Positions 24,943-38,200 of a stretch of 64,000 bases of DNA are shown here, in pieces; positions within the stretch are counted from its first letter, which is position 1; the number at the start of each line of letters is the position of its first letter. The translations under genes and the position numbers were made by a program. Source of the DNA: Haliotis cracherodii (taxonomy: Eukaryota); NCBI RefSeq assembly GCF_022045235.1, contig NW_027266264.1, positions 64,294,001-64,358,000 on the forward strand, in the 5' to 3' direction. Under the pieces are notes generated by a model, which was not told where the DNA came from, made no database searches, and was given only the letters and a program-made list of their open reading frames with translations.

Positions 24943-27900
24943 CTGTTGATATCAAACATACATGTCAGTTCAAACCTAGTAAGATTTCATGCAAATTATG
25001 AAAGACAGGATATATGATACAGAATATCTTCACAATACAAGATACCTTGATCATGCTCGGGGTTAGGCGAAATGGGGTTTACCTTGGCGTTCTGGATTAT
25101 CGTATAACGTCATAAATTCAGGTGTGTTTATATGTGTGTGGATGCTTGTGTAACAAGTACCATACTTAACTGATATAGGGAAGAATGAAAAGCGACAGTT
25201 GGTATTTTTAAACAAAACAATTGTGTTAATCGCAATGTTATAAATGAGTGAAAGCTCTTCAAACGTATAACCCATCCTTACTGTTTCATAGTCTTCCTCT
25301 GTTTTCAAGTGTTTGTAGATGAATCTCACTGCTTCTGTTGCCTTGTAGAGGTCAGGCGTCATCCTGAAAGCTTCTTCCCCGTCGTCAATGCCATTACCGC
25401 GGTCTAGCGGAGGATTCAATTTGCAGTGAGGGTGGTGGATCTCCGTAAGTTCTAGGAGGTCTGAGGTCATATTCAGAGGCACCCGCCTTGTTTCTGGTGT
25501 GTTCTGATACGACGGTGGCGGAGTAATCTCTTTCTTCTTCCACCGCTCTTCATGATCCGGTCTTTCCATGAGTAAAATCTTTGGAATATAGTAAAGAAAT
25601 AGCTTTCGTACCCATTCTGGCATCTGATGAGTACGAGGGCTCCGGTAATTTCTATTTATAATAACAACAGTCGACAAAATGGCTATAATATTCATAATGA
25701 ACGTAAATAGTAAATATTTGGCTATCAAAGGTATCCTCAATGATGGAGGGAGGATCTTTGAAACTAGCAACAAAAACACGACCAACGCCAGCAAGATGGA
25801 TATACACAGAGTGATTTTTTCTCCGGCATCTGCGGGCAATGCAAACACACAGACGCTGACAAAGCTGATGAGAACACACGGGATGATAAGATTTACTGTG
25901 TAGAACAAGGTCTTCCTCCTTAGTATGAATTTGAAAATAATCAATTTGCGTATTTCACGTCCATTTGTTTCATTCACAATTTCTCCAGGACAATCAATCA
26001 AATCCCATGTACCGCTCTTCAGATAATCTGTCAGATCCAGCTTTGTACGTCCATCCCTGAACCCAAACGACAGCTGGTTCCCCTGGAACGTCCAAGAACC
26101 GAATTTCATCTCACATTCCTGCTGATCGAAGGGAAAATACGCGACGTCGATGGTGCAAGAACTCTGGTAAATAGCAGGGGGGATCCAGTTGACTTCACCA
26201 GTGGCGTAGATGACACAATTGGACTTGTATGTTACTTCATAGTTACCGTCGGCGCTGAAGGAGTAAAACAATATACTTTTACATGTGTCAAGCTTTGTCT
26301 TCCAACTCTATAGAGGAAATTGCCTATCACTATTGTAGAAGGGTGTTTTTACAATTAACTCCGGATTCAGACCACAAAATGTGATAAACAGCTTACTTGA
26401 TAAGAAACTACAATTGTTCTATCTATAAGTTATTGTTTATTTATTCTTTGTCATTGAGGCAGAGTGACAGTAGTTTAGGCATAAAGTGATATTTACTCGA
26501 ATGAAAAATTATATCTTATCGAAATATCTATTTCATATCTTCTTGATTCTACTTGATACATAGTAACAACATTTGTTACCACTCCTGGCGGAAAGTACAA
26601 CAGGATTTGTGGTAAGGTAAAGCTAACCAAAGTATATCCCATTGAAATGTGAATTACCCCTTTTTGTCGTGTCCTTATACTTACATATAGGAAAGCACCC
26701 CGGGTGGATACGAAAAACAGAAGACCTATTTCGTTTAGTTTATAGCACAGTTTATTTGGGTAAATATGTCCAGTATATCCAGGTTATGCATCAGAAAATG
26801 TCCACAACCATTGGTTTTAAAAACGATTTATCAGAACCCTAGCTACCCAAGCAAATGGTCAGGTTCACTGATTAGCCGTTTTCATAAACGAATAACACTA
26901 TTTGTATCCATGCTATTTACATGGACATAAAGTCGATGATATATTTGACAATGTTTAATAACGTGTCTATACTATAATTATTGCGTAAAATACAGTGTTG
27001 ATACCCTAATATCAGGCTTATTGTGGGGGTGATTTATAATGTTATACTCACTTATTAAACAGCACGATATCCGGCGTCCATACCGACTCTGGTCGGATCC
27101 TGATAGAGTCGATGTTCCCGTACTCTGCGGTGTTCCAGAACAGCTGCGTGTCGTTCCAGTACTTGAACAGATGAGTAGCACATATAAACTCGTGATAGTT
27201 AATATGACTGTAAATGCACGCACAGTAATTGTCACTATTTTGGAAAATACAGAGTCTGACCATTTTTTTAAAAAGAAACAAGGTTTTAATGACATTTTAC
27301 CTGATGTGACTTGTGTCGGATGCTGATAAAACTGGTTTGTGTTTGTTTACGTGCATGCCATGTTGTATTAAAGGATATATATTAAAAATGCGTAAAATAT
27401 GCATATATGTGAGGCGGGTGGGTTAGGGTGTGGTGTGGCTGCTTGTGCTTGTTTACACAAATGCAAGTATTATAGTGCTAGACCATTGATATACAATGAG
27501 ACAGTGTAACACTGATACCACATTTGGACACAGTATACTGTTTTCCTGAGCAGATTCTTTTCTCATTATAATTCCCTTACGAGATACCATGTCGCAGTTT
27601 AACATGGATACCCTACTCAGACACACTGTACAGACTACGAGTCGGCCAATCCTTTGTTATCCCTATAATGCCAAAGTATATTTTTTACATCTTCGGACAG
27701 ACGCTCTATCCACTCGACCACGGAGGCGGTCATGCATAGGTTTTGAAAACAAATCTGTGATGATTGACAGTTTATTTTCTGCGAGCGACATAATTATCAC
27801 AAATACATATTCTTCAAACTAGATGAAATATTACCAAAACACGTCACAAATAATTTTGCAAAGACGAAAAATGGAGAATAAAAGGAAGAATAACGAAAGA

Positions 27901-28895
27901 GAAGAGATAATATACTTATCTAACGAAAATGATTGTGTTGAAAAAGAGGAATGCTAAATATATTTGAGAAATATATTCTCAGTTAGGTATAAATAGATAA
28001 TGCTAGCATTCTAACCATACTTATTGTAATTAACTATTTTGGCGATCAAAGAAAACGTACCTTCTGAAATCTCGTTGACAAACAATATATCAGTTTGTCG
28101 TATTGAGATATAGCGTAAAGCTAAATGATGTCTAAAATACTATAACGGTACCTGGGAAGACAAATTGGCAACACTGTCTAGCAACACTGACCAAGAAGCG
28201 TACTGGTAAACACAGCACGTGTTTTAAAAACGTGGAAAACATTTCCGTGGGCATCTGGGTGAGAGTAGGCTGCTAGTCCGTGCAAAGTGACAGTACGTTA
28301 CACACAAAGGATGTAACTCCCATACCATTTAAGAGATAACAATACCACCATTTACAGTACGTCCTCGATTTGAAGTTACTACACTTCATTTTGATTTGAA
28401 TGCGTTCCGAAATGACCTCGTCGTTTTCATGTAGTTTTTCAACGTATATTGTCCAAAGAATCTGCATCTTAGGAACTTTTATTTGCTGATTATTAATAAC
28501 CAAGGTCCATTTTTAACATCAATATGTTATTATGAAGTGATGTGAATCGGATATATTTTAAGTCGGTTGTTTGAAACATCCGATTGTCCAATCAGAATCG
28601 AGTATTTTACACTGTAGTGGTGGAAAATAAGTCTAATGACACATCTTGGAGATCCTTACCATTTGCAGCCACACATTTGTCTTCATCACCTGGTTCTTTT
28701 CATCCTGAAAGAAAAGATAATCAAATACATATACTAATTACATTGTCAGGTTATGTTAGGCCATAACAGTACCAATGTATCCTATGACTATTTCTTTTCA
28801 AGACTCTCACACAAAAGAGTATTGATAACATATCGGATGAGGTATTGACATATGCCATACTCAATTTAAGCGCTACTACCTCTTAAATGATTCGT

Positions 28896-28964
<69 letters not shown>

Positions 28965-31900
28965 GTCGTTGTTTTTTAAATTGTCACTTTTATTATGGAT
29001 GTTAGGCATGTTCCCGTTATGTCAGGTTCATAATATAGGTTTGATATGTGGAGATTTCTCATCGACGGGCCTATGTTCGTCAAATAAATACATTTATTGC
29101 ATTTATGAATTGAATTCAAAGTTATAATCAACATTTTATAAGTACACTTTATTTTCTGTCGCAAAAGTATGGCTCTTTTAAGATTTTCCATAATGAAATA
29201 CAGTAAATGTTTAAATATTCTGTTCGCAATATGTTTTTAACAATAGAACAAAATGTGAACTGAATAACACACTATTACCAATATCAGATGAAAAATCTGA
29301 AAGGATCCGGCATAGAATTGATAATCAACAACCCATGCTTGTATCAAGAGGCAACTAACGAGATCGGGTGGTCAGGGTCGTTGAATCAGTTGATTAACGT
29401 CATCGTATCACAATTACAAAGATCGAAGCTCACGATGTCAATCACTGGGTTGTCTGGTCCAGACACGATTACCTACAGACCGCCGCCATATACATGCAAC
29501 TGGACTATTGCAGGGTTGTTTGTTAAAGAAACAAACAATCTGTATTTTGCAGATGGTTGAAACAGCATACCGCGGGCAATATGACACTATGATTCTGTGG
29601 TTACACCCTTAAATCGGTGATTTCTTTACCAAGATGCACTTAAATTGAGTTCTTCCAGTGAAGCCTCGTCTGTGAATGTAGACAAGTTACTGTGGTGGCA
29701 GCACGCCCAACAATAACCAAATTAAATCCTTTCCTTCCTCGACCACTCGAGGGAACTTTAATTTGGAAGTTTCCCTCTTGTTACCCCGAAAATTGACATG
29801 CCCATAAGCCTGAAGCACATTAGAAGACTTAATTGTATGACACGTTCAATCCTAGAAAAGTTACTAGTGACTTCTGCATTTTCCTTCTGCTTTTTCTCGA
29901 CAGCCTGCTGATAATTTGGATAGATTTTGTTGACAAGCAAATATTTACAAAGCTACAAGTTGAACATTTTTTTCTATCTAATGTAAACAAGAAAAAGCCA
30001 ATAAAATGTTATAATCATGTTTTGTTGTTTGCTGTCAAATATTTAGACAGCAATGGCGAACACTTCATTTTATTTGCACTACGCAATCACATGTCATAAC
30101 CCACTAAATTGACGTCATAATTACCTGGGGCAATGCGACGACTCTGGTATTACAATTTTTTTGGTACAAAAAGACGATGTCTCTTATGTTTGAAAAGACT
30201 ATACATGGGCCTCTTAAAGATCAACGGGTAAGTGTCCCCGGGGCGAACACAATGTAAATGTTCAGTTTTCATCGTCAAAGCCGTATAAAGGAATCTATAT
30301 TTGCTCCAATGAATAAAGGGCCTTACTTTGGGACACATCGTCCCGATTTGATGATGAAAAAGGCAGTGTTATGTCATAATTTCTTTTCCCTGTTTTCCCT
30401 GAGGGCATGGTTTTCGTAATAATTGTCATGAATACATGGACTGTGATGTTTACATTTATTCTCGTGTAATATATTGAAAGTGTATTAAAAATGAAAAGAA
30501 ATAATATTTTCAAACACAAGAGTTGGAATGTCAACAGAACAGTGCTGCTATAATTAAAATATACTGAGAGGATTCATGCTTACAAATAACAGAAATAACC
30601 AAACCTAGAACCTGTAACAATTATTTTTGATAATGTTTTACACACGATTACGAATGTGGATTTCGTAATGGAGAAATAATGATCATCTGTTGATTCTGGA
30701 AGTAGAATAATCGAGCCCTGAATTCTTGTGATTTCCCAGCCTTATATCGTGTTATGGTTGATATATCATTTTCCTATAAGTTTGCATAATGACCTAAAGT
30801 TGCATCAGTGTTACTTGTTTAAATTTGGTTTAGAATCACCATTAAATACCTGGCTCAGAATCAGCTACAGCAAAAGGATCGGTAATGGTAAAAGGATAAT
30901 GGTTTAAATGCCAAATGATGGCACTTCCCCAAGCATTATAAGTGGTTTAAGGATTAAGCCGTGGTAAACAATTGATGCCAATAAAATTCACGTAATGGCT
31001 GACTTGACAGATTCATAGACTAAGACGATGAAGTGAGTATGTGGAAAAGTTTATGACATACAGGATCCTTACTTAGGTAAACTACAAAGTGGTATAGACT
31101 GAGATGTTATTCCTGGTAAATGGCAGGAGTTCCTGTGGTGGACGTGTCCTCATTTGAAGGCCCTGAATCAATTCAATAAAATCTGCGATGGGGAGGAAGC
31201 CCTGTGACGTCAACACAGCGTCAATTAGGCATCTATGAAAATATAAAGCCGGTCGTCTTCGTCCTTTGAACCATCAATAAGATTCAGCGTCAGATTATGT
31301 GGCTCGGGACGCACAACGTATTACGGTAGCTCTGAGACAGGTCAATGAAGTCACAATTTGTTTTTCGTATCACTTGTAATCTTCAAAAGACGCTTTTTTA
31401 AGGCTTTTAAAGGGACGATCCAACAAAGTCCAGCCTTTTTAATGTCAACAAATATTCGCGTCAGTTTGATCAGCATAGTGACACCACAATGTGACGCCTT
31501 CAAGATGACATTTAATAACTTCTATTGCAAACACCCATCAAAGATGATATTACACGTATAAGAACGAGAGGACAATTTGTCTTATCCTATAAATATCCAA
31601 AATAAATGCCCAAAAGTAACAGAAGCTGGAAATGAAGTATTTATTTTCATCTAATACTCGTAACCGGAGACCTGTGATATAACCCCAATTATTTTAGGGT
31701 TATGTCGCTTTTAGCAATATTCCAGCAATATCGCGGCGTGTTCCTATATGGGAAATCGAACCCACGACTTCGGCGTGACGGGCGAACGCTTCAACCTACA
31801 CGATACCGCACTGCCCCACAGGACAGAGACAATGAAATCAAACAGTCCTCACCAGAACAACACACTTGACTTAACCACGCACACTACAACACTAGAGAGT

Positions 31901-32193
31901 TCCACACACATTGAGATATTCATGTACATGTACAATGAAACACCTATATGTGTATAAAATGAATATCGAAATAAAAGAAGATGTTGCACTTACCAGGCTT
32001 ATAATCTGGCTTAGCTGTAAACTGAAGTCTATATGGAGGGAATCGTTCACTTCATTTACTGGTCTGATGAGAGGATTGTACCCGTTCTTCGTGAAGAGGT
32101 CGTACACCAAGCGGTCTTGGTTCGCCGCTGAAACAGTAAATTGGTAAGGAATTAATAACAGAGAAATGGTCTACGTCACATGCAATATGCAAC

Positions 32194-32238
<45 letters not shown>

Positions 32239-35200
32239 GTGTATAGAATAGCAAGTAAATGAAGTTTGTTAAAAGTTTCAAATAAAGGGGCAGAGACTGA
32301 GAATATAAAAGACGCCTCAGAATCTCATCATCTACATCGTTACCTACATCATCGTCTACATCACCATCTACATCATCTGCATTACCATCTACATCTCGGC
32401 CTACATAATCATCAACATTACCATCTACATCAACAACTACAACATCTACATCACAATCTAAATCACCATCTACATCATAACCTACATCATCGTCCACATC
32501 ACCATCTACATAATCGTCTACATCACCATCTACATGACCGTCTACATCACCACCTACATCATCGTCTACATTACCATCTGCATCAACATCTACGTCACAA
32601 TCTAAATCACCATCTACATCATACCCTACATAACCTCCTACACCATCATCAACATTACCATCTACATCACAACCTACAACATCATCATCTACATCAACAT
32701 CTACGTCACCATCTACATCATCACCCACATCACCACCTACATTATCATCTACATGTATGTCAATGGAAAATATCCACAAAGCGTGAATTAGTTTGATTTA
32801 ACGCAGGATTGCCTGGACCCACTGGTCGTGGGTTCAACTCCCAGATTCCACGTCATCATGATGTTTTATCTGTCAGTGTGGTCACACCGTATGGATTCCG
32901 GTTTAGAATTGGTCCCTAGCCACATATTGCTGTCGTAAGAAGCGACCATATGGATTCAATAGTCAGGCTCGGTGACTTGGTTGATGGCATGTCATCGAAC
33001 CCTGATGGCGTTGATCGGTGTTCACAATACCTCTCATTGTCTGGTCCAGATGAAATTATTTACAGACTGCCGTCATAGAGCTGGAATATTGCTGAGTGCG
33101 GCATTAAACAACAAACAAACAGACACACCGGAATTGATCTTAGAAGTCAATAAATAACTGACGTACTTTTCAAAACTTAGTCACACAAGAACACCTTGTA
33201 AATATATAAGCTTCACCAATACACATATATCATGTCTAATCTCCTGATAAATGATAAAGCTTGTACTGCAAGTGAAGCCGACATACCAACCTAGACAGGA
33301 ATGTGAGATGCAAAACCAAACGCGTACTAAATCGAAAGTTGGACTGTAATCCTCGTGGATCGAGAAGATCCAATAAAATACTGCCACTCACTGTAAAATG
33401 AAAGGAATATTCCTAATTTCATTTCGCACATGATCCCCTGGACCCGTCCCAAACAAAACATGGCGTGAAACACTGTGATCGCCCAAGTGTAAATGTAGTT
33501 CGGTCCACGGCCCACACGGAGTTAACTATCCGATAGTGGCACGGTGCTATCAACTCCCACGATGCCTATTTTACACGCTGGCACATTTGTTCAAGTCCGC
33601 ATCGCTACTCGCACATACAGTCACAGTTACCATACAGGTAATAGTTGCATTACCCAAATAATATTGTTCTTGCAGTGGATTCTAATCAGATGGGAGAATC
33701 ACTTCAGTATTGATTAAGATGGAGAGCACGTGTTGTTTTTCCTTTGCATGAAGAGACTGTTTCGGTCTGTTACAGCAGCTTCGTGTAGTGAGGTAGAGAG
33801 GGAAGATGACTCAAAAGTCTATTTACATAATACTCCGATACCTATTCTCCTATCGCAGTGTATGTTCGCTGATATGAAAACTTACATAATAGTCTAAAGA
33901 ATATTTGCATAATTTACAAATTTGATGGAATCTCACCCCAAAACGATATCTACACTTACATGTTATATCATTTACTGAATATGAACAAAGAGTTAAACAT
34001 TATATACAAACATACTTCCACCGTTCTCAAATGAAGCATGGTACGTGTATTCAATCATCGACAAATATTCTATGCCCTGTTCCATTAGGTTCAACACGCA
34101 AATATGAGACGTGTGGTGAAACAAGAATGAAAAGCGTCTACGTTTACTGAGTCAGTGTGGAATGGCATATCTGGATCGTGGAGACACGTGTTATGTTTTC
34201 CGTGTTGGCTGGTAAACTATGCTTATACGAATAGGGTTTGCAGTCATCTCCTGACAGGCTTCCCCCAGGCGCTATAGTTAATGAGTCTTTTGTTCTTTTT
34301 CTCAGATGAACATGGAACTCTGCCAGGTGGAAGCTTTGGCACACATTTATTGTCCTAATTTTGGACGGGCTATGACACACATGGCATAGAACACCCTCTT
34401 TAATTGGAATACTATTCTCTTTACAGATACTCCCATCAGAAGGTTGTCTGCAGTTGTGGAGCAATGTTTGAGGAAATCGAGGATAACGCAGCGGATATCA
34501 TCCTCCAGAGGATGAAATTCTCATAGGTGGTTCAAAGAGTAAAACGACGATGTGCCCTCGCGCCTTTAGCACGCGCGGTTGCCTAGAAACGGAATTCTGA
34601 TCGCTCCTGCCGGGTGCTAGATAATGAAATCCCGTAGCATTCAAAAGCTAAACATGCTCAATATTGACAAAATCTTTAATCAACTGTATTGATATTTCTT
34701 CAAAAGGGATAACAAAAAGATATCTGTGTCAAAAAGGAATATTCGACCGGAATATTTTGAATCATTGCCCATTTTTTTTAATCTGTGTACTGTTAGGATA
34801 AAATCTTGTAGGAGGTCAGTACGAGTTCAAACCGAATACGAAAATAGCTGTAATATTGTTGAAATGAAATATGACGATATGCGTCAGGCTGTTGCGCTAT
34901 GTGTGTAATACATGTATAACAGTGATAATCAACATCGGTGAAAAGGTGCTTTAATTGTCAAAGCCAGTCAGCTAAAAAAACCCAGGAAATTACCCATTTG
35001 TCACGTTACATAATTCCCTCAATTTCTCAATTTAGGATTGGCCGGTAAAAACGTCTTTCTAAATGACATTCATTTAATCTATCAAATATAAACAACCATC
35101 TTGTGTAAATATGGTATCAAGTTAGAGAAACAGTTGTGTGGAGTATGATTTTCACTTCAGCGATACAATACCATAAGACTTTGCAACGGATATCATTCTT

Positions 35201-38200
35201 CGCTTTCACTACGCTTTATCATACTTTAACCACACGTGACGTAAACTAGCAAATCACTTGTCCATACTTTTCTTTTGATCTTTACTAAATTCCAAGAGCA
35301 AAACTACTTTTGAAAACTCCACTTGGGAACTGTATCATACAAAATCGTGGTGCTCATCCGAATCCCTTCGTGTGAGGAAATATTATTGCTAGTTAGCAAA
35401 GTACTTTGAGCCTCGTCGTTGCTCTAGGGACAATATTGAAACTCTGAATCGGCCATTATGCTCACCACCTGTTGAATCAACCAACATCAGCTCTTAAACT
35501 AGGGCAGGATTACGATCAATAGCTTCATGGGCAAGCCATAAGCACGGGACCAGCAGTGTGTTTTAGTTATCTTGTAGGATATGACTGAACACCCAGCATA
35601 CACTATCACTACGGGGTATATGATATATTAGAAAATGATTACATTTATCGCAAACAAGATCATATCACAAGGGGTGTAGTTGTTATGAAGGATATGACTT
35701 AATCACCCGCCAATCAAAATCACTACGGGGTATGTTTGTTACTTTGATTATGACTAAATTTATCGCATACAAGATCCAATCACAAGGGGCTCTAGTTGTC
35801 ATGTAGAATATGACTTGATCACCACCAAAACAAAAATACTGGGGGATCTACTTGTCATGTACAATAAGAATGAGTCTCCTCATATAACAGATAACCGGGT
35901 CTACTTGTCATGCAGAATATGAGTGGATCTCCTCACATTCAACCTCACTTAAGGGTCGTGTGGACATGTAGAATATGTGTAGATCTCACATTCAACTTCA
36001 CTTAAGGGTTTAGTGGCCATGTAGAATATGAGTGGATCTTCTCACATTTATCATCACTGGGGGGTTTAGTTGTCACGGAGAGTATGTGTGGATCTCCTCA
36101 AATTCAACATCACCAGGGGGGTCTAGTTGTCATACAGATTATGTTTGGAACTCTTCACATTCAACATCACTTAGGAGTCTGGTTGTCATGCAGAATATGT
36201 GTAGATCTCCTCACATTCAACATCAATGTCTTGGTTTGTCATGTAGTATATGAGCGGATTCCCTTACATACAACATCAATGTCTTGACTTGTCATATAGT
36301 ATATGATTGGATCTCCTTACATACAACATCAGTGTCTTGGTTTGTCATGTAGTATATGATTGGATCTCCTTACATACAACATCAATGTCTTGGTTTCTCA
36401 TGTAGTATATGAGTGGATCCCCTTACATACAACATCAATGTCTTGGTTTGTCATGTAGTATATGAGTGGATCCCCTTACATACAACATCAATGTCTAGGT
36501 TTGTCATGTAGTATATGAGTGGATCTCCTTACATACAACATCAATGTCTAGGTTTGTCATGTAGTATATGAGTGGATCCCCTTACATACAACATCAATGT
36601 CTTGGTTTGTCATGTAGTATATGAGTGGATCCCCTTACATACAACATCAATGTCTTGGTTTGTCATGTAGTGTATGTGTGGATCTCCTTAAATACAACAT
36701 CATTTCTAAGTTTGTCATGTAGTGTATTAAAAGATCGATGTCTAGGATTGTCATGTAGTATATGAGTGGATCTCCTTACATACAACATCAATGTCTTGGT
36801 TTGTCATGTAGTATATGAGTGGATCCCCTTACATACAACATCAATGTCTAGGTTTGTCATGTAGTATATGAGTGGATCACCTTACATACAACATCAATGT
36901 CTTGGTTTGTCATATAGTATATGAGTGGATCTCCTTACATACAACATCAATGTCTTGGTTTGTCATGTAGTATATGAGTGGATCTCCTTACATACAACAT
37001 CAATGTCTTGGTTTATCATGTAGTATATGAGTGGATCCCCTTACATACAACATCAATGTCTTGGTTTGTCATGTAGTATATGAGTGGATCCCCTTACATA
37101 CAACATCAATGTCTTGGTTTGTCATATAGTATATGAGTGGATCTTCTTACATACAACATCAATGTCTTGGTTTGTCATGTAGTATATGAGTGGATCTCCT
37201 TACATACAACATCAATGTCTTGGTTTGTCATGTAGTATATGAGTGGATCTCTTTACATACAACATCAATGTCCAGGTTTGTCATGTAGTATATGAGTGGA
37301 TCTCCTTACATACAACATCAATGTCTTGACTTGTCATATAGTATATGATTGGATCTCCTTACATACAACATCAATGTCTAAGTTTGTCATGTAGTATATG
37401 ATTGGATCTCCTTACATACAACATCAATGTCTAAGTTTGTCATGTAGTATATGATTGGATCTCCTTACATACAACATCAATGTCTAAGTTTGTCATGTAG
37501 TGTATGTGTGGATCTCCTTAAATACAACATCATTTCTAAGTTTGTCATGTAGTGTATTAAAAGATCGATGTCTAGGATTGTCATGTAGTATATGAGTGGA
37601 TCTCCTTACATACAACATCAATGTCTAGTTAGGGACGACTTTTATTGCTTAAAATATATCGGAATCCCCATCGTACCCTCTAGTTAGAATTGCATTGTTC
37701 CACTGAAGCAACTATACCTATGCTTTTTTATGTCATGAAGTGAAATGTGCCATCTTAATGCTGTCATCAAGTTTTCACGCCCAAGTAACTTTCACAGTTA
37801 AAGATGGACATATCTGATAAAAATTACGCGAGATACCGGACTGATAAGAACAGTTAAATATGGCAGCACAAGGGTATATGTGTTTTTTTCCTTCCTTGTG
37901 CATGGAAATGAGACTGTTAGATTAGTTTAGACATGTGTTTACAATTAAACATCAGGGGAATACAAAAAGTTATGTATCGAATACTCCCCAAAAGAAGTAA
38001 ATAAAGGAACTTAGCATTAACATCCACAAAATATAATATAATATAGGAGCTTCAACCCATGGCCTTTCTCTTTGAAGAACAGGGCACAACTAATCGATTC
38101 ATTGAAAAACCATATCACACAAATGATATCCCATAGCCACAAAAAATGGGCGTCCAGTTTCAGAGTATTTTAACACGTTGTGAAGAAGTACCACAACTCA

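Noticed and set aside
25063-25281. C-terminal extension of the 402-aa ORF
   Set aside because: Read-through into intron 5; the GTAAGG donor at 25281 and the M4 exon at 24942 complete the protein.
25745-25835. Anion-selective molluscan nAChR
   Set aside because: ADAGEK retains the -1' Glu and lacks the Pro-Ala signature of anion-selective channels.
32171-32796. His-rich (+) and Asp/Val-rich (-) ORFs of 176 and 202 aa
   Set aside because: Both arise from the CAT/12-bp repeat tract in intron 1; they are open on both strands and have no convincing exon context.
33181-33387. GTG-initiated ORF as the signal-peptide exon
   Set aside because: No ATG and a weak hydrophobic core; 45851-45938 fits much better.
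35560-37628. Regularly spaced repeats as a CRISPR array (also 42385-43110)
   Set aside because: Head-to-tail monomers with no unique spacers, no cas genes, eukaryotic context.
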